A DNA stretch of 64,000 nucleotides, taken from NCBI RefSeq assembly GCF_006345805.1, contig NC_043013.1, positions 44,764,001-44,828,000 of the forward strand. The letters are read 5' to 3'. The position numbers were made by a program, and so were the translations under genes. The stretch's first letter is position 1. Each line of letters begins with the position of its first letter. Shown here one piece after another: positions 39,350-51,599 of the stretch. This DNA comes from Octopus sinensis (lineage: Eukaryota). Under the pieces are notes generated by a model. That model did not search any database, had not been told where the DNA came from, and saw nothing but the letters and a program-made list of their open reading frames with translations.

Positions 39350-41130
39350 GAAAGGGACTACTAAGCCTCACTCCAAGAATTCTAAGGAGCGAAAACCTGA
39401 GAGTCTCATTTGAATCGGCATAATGACTGTGACCGTAGTATACACAGAGACGACGAGATGACTCACCCAGAACACACTTGCAGAGGAAGTGTTGTTGGAG
39501 GTTAAATGCAATTGCTGGAAATTTTGCAAGATTACAAAGGAAGTCAAGATACATCAAACTAGAGCAGAATGTGAAAGAGAGAAAAAAACAAATGCAGTGC
39601 AGAATAAAGGTACCCGGTAACATGCTTGTGATCTTAGGAAGCATCCCCGAAGCACGTGATCACTCTCAGCAGTTGTTCCACCCCAATGCTACACGATACT
39701 CAACTTGCAAGAGAACGTAATTATCACTAGTAAATGGCATCAGAGCACAGAGCAAATTAGACCAGTACCTTAATAGGGTTCCAGCGTCCACATTAGCGGG
39801 ACTCGTCCAAGGGAAAATAATGAGTGCATAATAGCAATATTTTCAACATATCCAATGAACGTTTTGACCCTTAGAAGGGAACGAACACTACTGCAGCACC
39901 TGTAAAACAGCTCAGTTGGAAGGAGAGAGTGAGATTCTACATCTGAAGAGAGAAATTAAGTCTTTCACTAAGAAATTTAAAAGATCAAATGTTGGGACGA
40001 GGAAGGAAGAGAGCATTAAAAAAACTTATCCAGACGAGTTCGGGAACAACTATGCAGGCTAAGAAAGAGAAAAGAGTCTCGGAGACCAAAGATAGAAAAG
40101 GGGACTTAGCGAGCTCGGTTTACAAGGGTCCCATACAAGTTTGCCAACACTGATCCTCCCTAAGAAGTTGTAGGAGATTTGATTTCTTCAAAGTCAGCAC
40201 AGTGACATTGTTAGAGGATAAGCGTTAAGTGCACACTCGAGGGTCAGAAGAGCAGAAACCCCAAGTCCTGGGTGAGGTCTATATTCTCTAATAGAATACC
40301 TAGCGAAGTGGTACAATGCCTTTCTTACTCATAGAGGCAGCATATCTAGGATGAAAGAAACAAGCAGATGACTCACTCAGAAAGATAGAGGTTCAGACTT
40401 ACCAGGTAAGTTCAAAACCAGGCTCTTACAGCTTGTGCTGCTGCCAAGATTCGTGTGACTGCTAATGATATATGAAGTACCCATGACATCGATGGAAGGA
40501 ATCAAGTGGTGGGTGAACAGGTGACTTCGAATGCCAGAGATGACATCGAATACCACTGATGACTTCGAATGCTACCAAGCTTCACAGCAGTAGGGTTATA
40601 GATTTTGGGTCTCTCTCACCACCAGTCGAAAAATTCGAATTGGCAAAGTGCAGTATTACGATGACGTATAGAGACACCAAGAATGAAAGGTTCAGAAATA
40701 CAGGTGCAACCTCAAGTAGCTGGACGTATAGTGGCACAGAAAGAAATTAGGCTGAGATTGAAGGACATCATCAGGAACTCATATATGGAAAGACAAAACT
40801 TCGGGACCATCCACTTTAAGTAATGGTGGTAGGCAAACCCATGGCAGAAGAAAGACATGATGCAATCTGAAGTAAGATACTAAAAGGAGAAAGAACATAA
40901 GTCCAGAACTGTTGGATTTTAATATCGAGTAATCTGGACAAAACGAGATCTTTCCAAGCTAAAATTCACAGAGTTTAAACTTTAGACTCTTGAGACATTT
41001 CACAACTAATTTCCGCTCTGATCAATGTATGACATCTCAATACCAATGAACTTGCACCAATAGGGAATAAAAGAGGACTCACAGAGCTGATTATGAGAAA
41101 AGAAAGATACTTTGGAGTACAAGCAGGCTG
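39350..41130 (-). pseudogene. Highly decayed non-LTR (L1/Tx1-like?) remnant
   Basis: Only a possible zinc-knuckle remnant (CSI..ESDHVLRGC) on minus; no intact RT motif recognised. Confidence 0.25.
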
Positions 41131-41159
41131 TATGAGTACAATTAAAAATAAAATAAATG

Positions 41160-41380
41160 CGCCCTTTTAAAGCCTAGCCAGACTCATGGGCCCTGTTTCC
41201 TGGTTTCAATGACGTCAGTCCATCGCAGCGATACTCATTTTTGCCAGCTGAGTGGACTGGAGCAACGTGAAATGAAATGTTTTACTCAAGAACACAACGC
41301 GTCGCCCGGTCCAGGAATCGAAACCACAATCTTACGATCATGGTGCTGACACCCTAACCACTAAGCCACGCGCCTCCACA
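41160..41380 (-). mobile_element. SINE family C-related copy
   Basis: Reverse complement head gtggaggcgcgtggcttagtggttagggtg..ggtttcgattcctggaccggg. Confidence 0.8.
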
Positions 41381-41648
41381 TGAGTACAATTAGCCAAGGA
41401 AAATATAGAAAAGCGCGCAAAAATGAAAATACGTACACACGCGCACACAAACACATATATACTTAAGACCAAAACTTAAATTTTAATTTTATCATTATGT
41501 TTTATTACTTGTAACATATCCCGAAATACGTCCAACTTTAATTGAACTGTTTTAGGGATGAAACAACTCTAAAACCTGTTGACCTTAAGTTATTACGCAA
41601 CCAATGGTTGACCGTAGCAGATCATGGACTTTTTCATATTTTATCCCT

Positions 41649-41806
41649 TTAGGAATTTGGAACACATGCTCCGTCCTTTTCACTGAAAATATATCCGTCG
41701 TTACATTGAAACACTGCCTGCTTTCGAGTCTTGGAACAATAGTAATACTTCCTTGGATCTCCCGGATATGGCACTTTTGAAGCAGCTTTTACTTCCGAAC
41801 ATACGT
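41649..41806 (-). CDS. Terminal exon of multi-domain chitin-binding (peritrophin-A/CBM14) protein; 4-Cys domain
   Basis: Acceptor ttattgtag|AC; (D)VCSEVKAASKVPYPGDPRKYYYCSKTRKQAVFQCNDGYIFSEKDGACVPNS*; phase 1; possible AATAAA at ~41501-41506 (minus). Confidence 0.85.
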
Positions 41807-42322
41807 CTACAATAAACCACAAATCTTTATTAGTATAATGTTTTCTCATACAAGTTGGGGCTGTGACGACGGAAATGGGGATCATGTTTAATAAAATTCA
41901 GATGGTTTTTAAACTTTTGAAATTTGTCCAATTCCATCGCGAAGAAAGAGGAGTTACAAAGAATGAACGGTTTCTGCCTTTTCAGAATAATAAGATGGTG
42001 AGATGTGATTTGAGAGATATTAGGCTGCAATTTCTAGCAAATCAAACATACACATACAGAAGCGTTCGTTGGCGTGGTTCATGCTATTAATCAGAACCCT
42101 GTCAGTCTCAAGGCTTACAAACAATCAATCACATACCGACTAGATGTAATCAAAGACTTTCCAACCATGACCATCTCAGTCGATATACGCGAGGAACTAC
42201 ATTGTCTCTCCTTTAAAAAAGAATGGCGATAAAGTGGGAATTTCAGGTAAATTTAGTTGCTGCTATTTCTAGTATTTGCCTGATCAATAGAAACGCCATC
42301 GTTGTTTTTTTCTGCTGAAATG

Positions 42323-42323
<1 letters not shown>

Positions 42324-42353
<30 letters not shown>

Positions 42354-42536
42354 AGTAGTAGTAGTATAGTATAGTAGTAGTAGTAGTAGTAGTAAGTAGT
42401 GGTGGTGGTGGTGTGGTGTGGTGGTGGTGGTGGTAGTAGTAGTAAGTAGTATAGTAGTAGTGGTGGTGGTGGTGGTAGTGTAGTAGTATAGTAGTAGTAT
42501 AGTGGTGGTGGTGGTGGTGGTGGTGGTGGTGGGTGT

Positions 42537-42571
<35 letters not shown>

Positions 42572-42811
42572 TGGTGGTGGTGGTGGTGTGGTAGTAGTTA
42601 GTATTAGTAGAGTAGTATTAGTAGTAGTAGTGGTGGTGGTGGTGGTGGTGTGGTGGTGGTGGTGGTGGTAGTAGTAGTCCGTGTGGTTGTGGGGTGGTGG
42701 TAGAGTAGTAGTAGTAGTAAAAGTAACTAGTAGTGGTGGTGGTGGTGGTGGTGGTGGTAGTAGTAGTATAGTAGTAGTGGTGTGGTGGTGGTGGTGGTGG
42801 TGGTGGGGTGT

Positions 42812-42842
<31 letters not shown>

Positions 42843-42972
42843 GGTGGTGGTGGTGGTGGTGGTGGTAAGTAGTAGTAGTAGTAGTAGTAGTTAGTAGTTA
42901 GTAGTATTGGTGGCGGTGGTGGTGGTGGTGGTGGTGGTGGTAGGAGCAGGAGGAGGAGCAGGAGCAGGAGGG
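42324..42972 (-). repeat. Degenerate (ACT/ACC/ACG)n tract preceded by (CCT GCT)n; reads as Pro/Ala then poly-Thr on minus
   Basis: Direct inspection; many 1-bp slips. Confidence 0.85.
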
Positions 42973-43293
42973 GCGACTTAAATCTTTGCCTGCTCCAAGT
43001 CTGTCCTAAGCGTCCGTGCTTCCTTTGAGACGTTTCAGGCTTGTTTCACGCGTTCTGAGCAACACAAAGCTTTCTCTTCATTAGTCCTAAGATACTCTTG
43101 TGGTTCTAGAAAAAAAAATTGGGGGAATGAGTATCATGCATGATGCATTGGACGTCAGAATAATATGTCCCGTGTGTCAGCAGATCTCATGTACAGGACA
43201 GGCAAGGGTTAAATTAAGTGGCGAAGTGACGAACAGGAAGGCGAGATGGATTGTAAGAGAATAAAATTTTAAAAATACAAATGAGTAACTGAC

Positions 43294-43485
43294 CGCTTGT
43301 GTCCCTTCTTTTCCTTGATTTTGGTGCAACATTGCATTGTCCAAAAACAGATGGAAGACACATCAAGTTTGCAGTATCGAACACCTCTCCAGATCCACAT
43401 CTTTGTACAACCACTTTACCATTCACACATTCCTTATAACTCTGGCAATCATTAGCGTCAGGTATTCGACCAACGAAATTGCAGA
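43294..43485 (-). CDS. Chitin-binding type-2 domain exon ending in RKRR furin-type site
   Basis: ttgtttcag|TC...AGC G|gtcagt; CNFVGRIPDANDCQSYKECVNGKVVVQRCGSGEVFDTANLMCLPSVFGQCNVAPKSRKRRDTS; 192 bp, phase 1-1. Confidence 0.9.
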
Positions 43486-43836
43486 CTGAAACAAAAAATA
43501 TAAATATTTGCTGAATACTGAAATTATATACATACGTAGATATTGGGGTTGGACAAAAAAATGGAAACACCATCATAGCATCATAATTTTGAAGTATCTA
43601 TAAAACCGTCAAAAACTTGTTTATTTCTATGTTTTTTTTTATTTATTGTGTTGCTTAATATGTTTTGCTAAAATTGCTGTTTCATTTCAGATATCATCAG
43701 AAAGGGGTAATTAAAATTCATTAAAACGAAAACAGCCGTAACGAAAACAGCCGAAATGTTTGCGCCTCCATACACACACACACACACACAACACACACAC
43801 ACACACAACACACACACACACACACACATATATATA

Positions 43837-43869
<33 letters not shown>

Positions 43870-43870
43870 C

Positions 43871-43904
<34 letters not shown>

Positions 43905-43918
43905 ATATATCTTAATAT

Positions 43919-44323
43919 ATAGTTAACTAAGTTCGCTTAATCCCGTGCCTTTGATTCTCTTCTATCCTACAGCATGTAACTTTCTCGGTAGAAGAGCCGA
44001 CCCAAATGACTGCGAGAAGTATTCTGAATGTGTCAACAATGCTGAAGTTGAGTATTCTTGTAATCCAGGCGAACTCTTTGACGACGGAAGTAAAATGTGT
44101 TACCCAGCTGCTTTTGTCACTTGTAAACAGGGTGCTGTAAATACAAACACTGCAAAGCGTAATATGAATTTATATTTTGTTTTTAATTTTATTGTTTCGT
44201 GTTTATGTCGGATCCCAAGGGGAACCTTCGACTTTTTCTATCCGAAGGGTTTTTATCTACATATTTAGACGCTGTTATTATAAGCTTTATTTGCTTCGAG
44301 ATCTTCTGTACCCCCAAAAGAAG

Positions 44324-44354
<31 letters not shown>

Positions 44355-44800
44355 ATATATATATATAATATATATATATTATGTATCTTCTTTTGGGGTA
44401 CAGAAGATCTCGAAGCAAATAAGCTATAAAACAGCAGACGAACGAAGAACAGTACTAAATATTAGATAAAAACCCTTCGTAGAAAAAGTCGAAGGTTCCC
44501 CTTGGATCCGACAAAACACGAAACAATAAAATTAAAAACAAAATATAAATTCATATTACGCTTTGCAGTGTTTGTATTTACAGCACCCTGTTTACAAGTG
44601 ACAAAAGCAGCTGGGTAACACATTTTACTTCCGTCGTCAAAGAGTTCGCCTGGATTACAAGAATACTCAACTTCAGCATTGTTGACACATTCAGAATACT
44701 TCTCGCAGTCATTTGGGTCGGCTCTTCTACCGAGAAAGTTACATGCTGTAAGGACAGAAGAGAATCAAAGCACGGGATTAAGCGAACTTAGTTAACTATA
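43919..44800. repeat. ~430-bp-arm palindrome centred on (TA)n, duplicating a chitin-binding exon in antisense
   Basis: 43919-44345 is approximately the reverse complement of 44365-44800; exon copies at ~43972-44157 (+) and 44560-44745 (-). Confidence 0.9.
44560..44745 (-). CDS. Chitin-binding type-2 domain exon
   Basis: tacag|CA...AAG C|gtaata; CNFLGRRADPNDCEKYSECVNNAEVEYSCNPGELFDDGSKMCYPAAFVTCKQGAVNTNTAK; 186 bp, phase 1-1. Confidence 0.88.
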
Positions 44801-45224
44801 TCATACAGTCAGATACCTATAAATTCAAATAGAATCAACATCCATGGTAATTCCTCATGTGTGACAAGTAGATCCAAATATCGCTTAGAAGAATTTCAAG
44901 AAATCCGGAGTAATTGAGAACATCCATATACATACATACATACTGCATGCATACATACATACATACATACATACATACATACATACATACATACATACAT
45001 ACATACATACATACATACATACATACATACATGACTTTCAAGCCAGCAGGAAGATCAAAAATGGCTTGAAAGTCATAACATGCCGGCGGAAAATAACATA
45101 TAACATCACTAGGTGAGACAAGCTGACACTGAATTAGCGTCGCTGATTGACAGGTGACAGTCTCATTTAGAGAATACGTGGGCTAAGACTACGCGCCTTC
45201 ATTGGTCAGTTAAAATTGAGACAG

Positions 45225-45696
45225 TGTCACGTGATAACTTGCTGGGGCTGCCCGCTGGAGCCTAGCAGCAGGTATTTAAAGGGAAATTTGACAAGACAGT
45301 CAGTCGCCCGCTGACACTCGTTGGCGCTACATCGAAGAGGCCAGGGAACAGAAGAAAGAAGAAGAAAGAAGACATGCACCCAACACCAGAGCTGAAGACA
45401 CATCCGAAAGTGGGGCCCGCCACGTCAAAACGGTAGAGGAGTAGGGGCCGAAACTGGACGTGGTTTCTCCTGCTGATATCTTGAGCTAACTGGATCCTAT
45501 AAAGGAGCTGTTGTGGGAGCAGACCACGAAACACGGTTGAAATTCCTCCCCATATTCTATTTCATTCTCAAATCAACACCCAACATTCACACCTACTGCA
45601 GATGGATTGAAGTGTCTACCAAATAGCTGAGACACTGCTGCCGCCATCTTCTATTGTCAAAATCCTCCTGTACAATTATATTGTGACTCCACGACA
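45225..45696 (+). mobile_element. Possible solo LTR
   Basis: TGTC...GACA ends and internal TATTTAAAG; no matching TSD. Confidence 0.3.
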
Positions 45697-46033
45697 GAGC
45701 CTATATGTGAACGTTCGAAATAACAGCCATATTTCCGTCAAATATCACTGCACCGACTTGTGAAGAGAAAGCCACATTAGACAATGTAATCTGAGATAAC
45801 CGAGATAATTATGCAGTAACCATCAAAAATCTTTGATTATTTGTCGTGTCAGTCAGATTTCATGCAGAACAAAACAACAACGCACACAAGAAATTTATTC
45901 TTTTAAAATTAATACTCTATCAAGTGTATTTATTTTGTAATATTTTATATTGCAATTAGTTTACAATATCATAATCTGTTACAGCTTTTCGAAAGTTTAC
46001 TGCATTTTGAACGGTGAGAGTGACACAGGATTG

Positions 46034-46451
46034 GGATCTTTCGGTTTGAACGGCAGTTTTTTCTAGCGGTGTCATATGAAATTGTCACCCATAATTATGA
46101 CCCTAGTATCGATCTATTTTAGGGTTAGGGTTAGAGTTAGGGTTATTTAGGGTTAGGGGTGGGGAAATGGTATCTTTTTTTCTTCAGAAATATAAATAAA
46201 CCCAATCTGTTTCTTAAACGAGGGACATATTCATACGGCACAGAATGTTTTTACCTCAATAGACAGTCATTGATTGGTTGAAATTGCAGAAATTGAAGAA
46301 AAGAACAAGTATCTTACAAACTATAGAATATTCTCAAGAAAGCCAAGAGAAAAAGATGTTTTATAAACACATTCTACCAGTATACGAAGTTTAAAATTTT
46401 TTAGTTGCCTTGAAATTATGTTAAAAACTACCGTTCAAACCGAAAAGATCC
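46034..46451 (-). mobile_element. GGATCTTTTCGG-TIR MITE (copy of 20391-20807 family)
   Basis: 8-bp flanks caggattg/cgggattg; TTAGGG-like run at ~46120-46160; partial copy at ~46623-46745. Confidence 0.85.
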
Positions 46452-46739
46452 CGGGATTGTGTAACTCGACACATAATTGAGAACATCAATATACATACAT
46501 ACATCAAAAAGAGAATCGCTGAAGAAGCCTTAGTTATATTTGCATTTTTATTTCATGTTTCTGTTTTCTTGCCAGTGTATTACACACTTCACTAGTATAT
46601 ATCAATGAACGGCGTTTATATATCTTTTCGGTTTGAACGGCAGTTTTTTCTAGCGGTGTCATATGAAATTGTCACCCATAATTATGACCCTAGTATCGAT
46701 CTATTGCATTTCAATCTATTTTAGGGTTAGGGTTAGAGT

Positions 46740-47050
46740 TAGGGATTGCTCCTAGAAAGTTACCCTCCAAGGCACAAGCCCAGGCAAGGTTGCTTATGGA
46801 AGGCCAGCAGTCGCCCATGCATACCAGCCTCCCCTCTCCACGCCACTAGTGTTATCCAAGGGAAAGGCAAAGGGGCCGATACAGCTTGGCACCTGTGATT
46901 TCGCAACTCATTTCTACAGTTGAGTGAACTGGAGCAACGTGAAATAAAGTGTCTTGCTCAAGAACACAGCACGCAGCCCGGTCCGGGATTCGAACTCACA
47001 ACCTCACAGTTGTAAAATCGACGCTCTAACTACTGAGCCATGCGCCTTCA
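46740..47050 (-). mobile_element. tRNA-derived SINE (family C-related)
   Basis: Reverse complement head gtgaaggcgcatggctcagtagttagagcg..gagttcgaatcccggaccggg. Confidence 0.75.
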
Positions 47051-47170
47051 CGGTTTATATACATAGATAGACAGTTTATATACATAGATAGGTGTTTATA
47101 TACATAGATAGAAAAAAAGAACAGAGGCCAATATATGTAATTGTGTGTGGATGTGCGTACATATGTATAT

Positions 47171-47201
<31 letters not shown>

Positions 47202-47264
47202 GTGTGTAAGAGAAGCGATGAATTTCAGGACTCAACGGAAGAATGGCAAAAATGTTTATATTAC

Positions 47265-47438
47265 GTTTCGGGATAGAACTTGGTGTACATTGAGCAAAGA
47301 CAGCTGGGTAACAATTTTTTTCTATGTAGTCAAAATTCTCATCTGGACCACACGAAAACTCAACTTCAACGTTGTTGATGCATTCAAAATACTTCTTGCA
47401 GTCGTTTTCATTGGGTATTCTACCGTTATAACCACAAT
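47265..47438 (-). CDS. Chitin-binding type-2 domain exon
   Basis: ctttccag|AT...AAA C|gtaata; CGYNGRIPNENDCKKYFECINNVEVEFSCGPDENFDYIEKNCYPAVFAQCTPSSIPK; 174 bp, phase 1-1 (absent from the ORF track). Confidence 0.88.
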
Positions 47439-47792
47439 CTGGAAAGAGAGAACAGAGTAAAAGGAAACAGAGTATGAATTCATATTGGATAAAAATTCTT
47501 CCCCGAATTATGTAGACTCACGTGACATGTAACACATAGCGCCCTCCTCCTCCTCCTCTTTTGACGAGACGCCGATACGCTGCAGGGTTGGTCATTTTTG
47601 CCAGTTGGGCAGACATGAACAATGTGAAGTAAAATGCTTTGCTCAAGAACTCAACACAGCACCTTGTCCAGGAATCGAAACCACAGTCTTATAATTATGA
47701 CTTTAACCACTAAACGACGTAGAAATATATATATGTGTGGATCGTTAGACCCTACACGCAATTTTTTTCTCTCCTTGTTTCTTTTCTGTGTA

Positions 47793-47830
47793 TCTTTCTG
47801 TCGAAGAGCGTAGGCTCGAAACGTAAAAGA
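47793..47830 (+). ncRNA. Minimal variant hammerhead-like motif in a Penelope-type repeat
   Basis: UCUUU-CUGUCGA-A-GAGC-GUAG-GCUC-GAAA-CGUA^AAAGA; related copies at 48391-48427(-), 61600-61637(-), 62092-62125(-). Confidence 0.55.
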
Positions 47831-47932
47831 CTTGTTTTATTTATATTCCTGAGCGCCATACTAATACATTGTTTGTTTGTACTCCACCTGCCTTCGTCCT
47901 TTGTTCATTTTTGTAACCTTCCCGTTATATAT

Positions 47933-47964
<32 letters not shown>

Positions 47965-47979
47965 GGGGGTGCATGAGTG

Positions 47980-48032
<53 letters not shown>

Positions 48033-48103
48033 ATGTGTGTCCTGTCCTGGAATCGAAACCACAATCTTATGATTATAACTTTAACCACTAAACGTCGTAG
48101 AAA

Positions 48104-48148
<45 letters not shown>

Positions 48149-48151
48149 GGG

Positions 48152-48186
<35 letters not shown>

Positions 48187-49208
48187 ATGTTTATAAATAT
48201 GTATGTGCATATAATATATATGTATGTATGTGTATATATATATGTGTGTTTGTGTGTGTGCGTGTGTGTACATATATAATTGTATTATCTCTCACCAGAT
48301 AGAGTACGTTTTTGTTGATATTATCACGGAACAGTACACTATATTTATATGTATATAAATTAGTTTAACGCTCAGAAAGGTGAGAAAGTCATTTACGTTT
48401 CGAGCCTACGCTCTTCAACAGAAAGGAACACGATTAAATAAACAGAGAGAGAATAAAAAAAAAAGCTCTAGTGGGTAGCGAAGTTGAGAGAGTTTTGAAA
48501 CACAATCAAGTGACAGGTACTTTTCTTTCAAGAAATTTTTCAACTTCAACTCGATTGTAATTGAGGTTGCAAATCTAAAATCTGGATAATTTTTGCTGTT
48601 TAACAATTAATATTCTTTTCTCTGTTGGATTCCATGTCAGTTTTTCCCACACTAATGTCTAATTTGATAATTTTCCATTTTCAAAAAATTACGTCTAAAT
48701 TGAGGCAAAATGAGTAATGACTAGTTCCAATAATGGCAGTTTTGGATCAGCGCACCCACATATATGATATTCTCCGTTTTTTGACGGTGATTTTTTCCCA
48801 ATTTATTTTTCCCCACGGTCTAATTTTTTCTCACCTCCCTCCCTTTTCCTCCTTACCCCCATCTGGACCGATTTTGGCCATTTTGTTTTTTGTAGTACGC
48901 ACTTAAAAACGATGGGAGAAAACAAAATTTATATTTTCACAAGAAAAGGTGTTTAATTTAAAGAAGAATTGGCTGTTGTTTCTGGCATATCCGACGACCA
49001 CCTTTGATCACATGTATTGATGTTTTTCAATATTTTTCTCCCCATAAGCACACTTATGCTATTTTTTTAAAAATTTGAAAACCTCCGATTTTTTTTTTTT
49101 TCACACCCCATTGTTTCTGCTCATAATTTTAAAATATTAGAAAGCCTGAGAAGATCAGTGCTGGAATTTATCCACAGTGCTTTAAAAAATGTTTCTAAAA
49201 AGTAATTT

Positions 49209-51061
49209 GGTACTTCTTCGGAATCCCCCCACTCCCACCATATAACTTCTGAATTAGTATTTTTTTTTTAAGATTCATGTTTTCGATATCAGAGATTATG
49301 ATTTAGCAAAAAGAAAAATTCTAATTTCAATTCCTCCCCACCACCGCCCAATTTACAGTTAACAAGACGTGCTGTCACGCACAAAATGACAGCTTCCTGT
49401 TTCCTGATTGAGTGAAAATTATCAAATTTTAAACCTCTATAGCTTTTTTAAAACATTTTTCTGGAAAAAGTGAAACAACGCCAACAATTTACCCTGAAAA
49501 AGTACATTATTGTGCCAAATTTTAAAAATTTTCGATAAGCATTAATTTTTGAAATGCTGGTAGCTAAACCAACTATATCCATTATAGAACCGTTAGAAGT
49601 GTCCAGCATACAGCGAAGCTAATTTAAAAGATATATAAGCACAATTTAACTTCATTATTTAGTTATAAACTTTATAGCTGATATCAGAACTTATAATATG
49701 TCAATTGCTTGACTCAACAGCGACAGTTGAATTGACAATTTCGTCTTGCCAAGATATTAGACTGTTACATCGTGTGAAAGTCTGTTGCACGTGTAACCGA
49801 AATATGGAATTGACAAGAGGTAATAAAACAAAGGAAAGTTTGAGAGAAATTTTAATGTTCATTTACTTCTGGACATATGAAGAAGTACCTCAAAGAAAAT
49901 GCCAACGGGAACTGGGGTGGAATAGTGAGGCTATTTGTAATTGGAAGAATTTCCTCCGTGACATATGCGCAGATAAATTATTAATGGATCCTATATGGAT
50001 CTTTGGTTTTTAGATTGACGAGTCTGTATTTACAAAGAGAAAGGGGCATGTTGGCAGATTGGTTTTGGGTGGCTTTGATGCAACAAGTAAGGAGTGTTTT
50101 CTTGAGGCAGTGGCAAAAAGGGAGATACCAACACTCTTTTCCCTGTGTTGGACAAGTACGTGAGACCGGGAACCACTGTGGTGTCAAATCTGTGGGGAAC
50201 ATACAGCACCATTGGTAACAGAGGATTCCAACATCTGACAGTGAATCATCAAATGAATTTCGTTGATCCTATGACGAGCCCACCGAAAATCTGTGGATGA
50301 GGGCAAAGCGGAGGAACAAGGAGAGTGGAACAAGGAGAGTGGAACAAGTTCACTCCTTGACGCTTATTTGGTTGAGTTTATGTGGAGACAAAAATATGCT
50401 AATGGTAATAAAGTCTTCAACAATATTATTAGTCAAATTTGTGAAGTTTACCCAGTGTGAATGTTTAACCCACTGTCCTCAAACGAGGACAGTTGAAATA
50501 ATTTTTTTCATCTATTGTATATATTTTAGCTGAAATAGGTTTATTTACTGCAATAAAGATTAACTGGATGCTTCAGTGTGTTTTTTTTTAATCCTTATTT
50601 ATATAACTATCTTCAGAATTTCAACAGAAATCGCAAAGGCATCCGATTTTTTTTAAAACGATTCAAGAAATGAGGAGGTGCGGATTGAAAATGGTTTGGC
50701 TTCCAACATTTCAAGAATTAATGTTTATCGAAAATTTTAAAATTTGGCACAATAATATACTATTCCGAGCTAAATTGCTGGAGTTGTTTCACTTTTTCCA
50801 GAAAAGTGTTTTTAAAAAGTTATTGAGACTTAAAGTTTGATCATTTTCATCCAAGCAGGAAACTGGATTTGGAAGCTATCATTTTGTGCGTGTCAGCACG
50901 TCTTGTCAACTGTAAACAAAGCAAATAATGGGGGGGTGAAGTTTAGACATTTTTTATACTAAATCGTAATCTCCGATATCGAAAACACACGTATTTGAAA
51001 TTTTTTTTTTAATTTACTGGTTCAAAAGTTATAGGGCGGAGCGGAATTCCGAAGAAGTACC
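49209..51061 (+). mobile_element. Merlin (IS1595/ISXO2-like) DNA transposon with ~360-bp TIRs
   Basis: GGTACTTCTTCGGAAT...ATTCCGAAGAAGTACC ends; TIR similarity ~49209-49570 vs ~50690-51061; degenerate 8-bp flanks agtaattt/gataattt. Confidence 0.85.
49790..50460 (+). pseudogene. Frameshifted Merlin/ISXO2-like transposase
   Basis: IDESVFTKRK..GGFDATSKECFLEAVAKR/DTNTLFPVLDKYVRPGTTVVSNLWGTY..HLTVNHQMNFVDP/ENLWMRAK..AYLVEFMWRQKY. Confidence 0.85.
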
Positions 51062-51137
51062 GATAATTTATTTTAATACCATATGTTTTGTTAGTAAATA
51101 TGTTTTCTTATACACACACACACTTACACACACACAC

Positions 51138-51176
<39 letters not shown>

Positions 51177-51184
51177 ACACACAC

Positions 51185-51230
<46 letters not shown>

Positions 51231-51242
51231 ACACACACACAC

Positions 51243-51285
<43 letters not shown>

Positions 51286-51599
51286 GTCTCGCTTGGTTGG
51301 GTGGTGGTGGAGATTTCAATTTCAAAACTCCACCTCAATAATTTCTTCTCCTTAACTGCATGATGCGTAAATATATTGATCTTCATTTTTCACCTAAAAT
51401 TTCAGACATCGAGAGTATACAGAACAGATATAATGCAGACACAAAAAGGTTAAAATATTTAGTTTTCAGAATAATTTCTCGTTGGGTGTTCTACCGTTAT
51501 AATCACAAAGGAAAAAGAATCTAAGGAGATAACGTTCCAAATTTTGTTTTTATATCCTACAGAAAAGATGATAATATAAGGTTGTGAGGAGGAATGAAA

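Noticed and set aside
43945-44268. Plus-strand chitin-binding ORF as a separate antisense gene
   Set aside because: It is the mirror arm of the palindrome; no other plus-strand exons, start or signal peptide were found.
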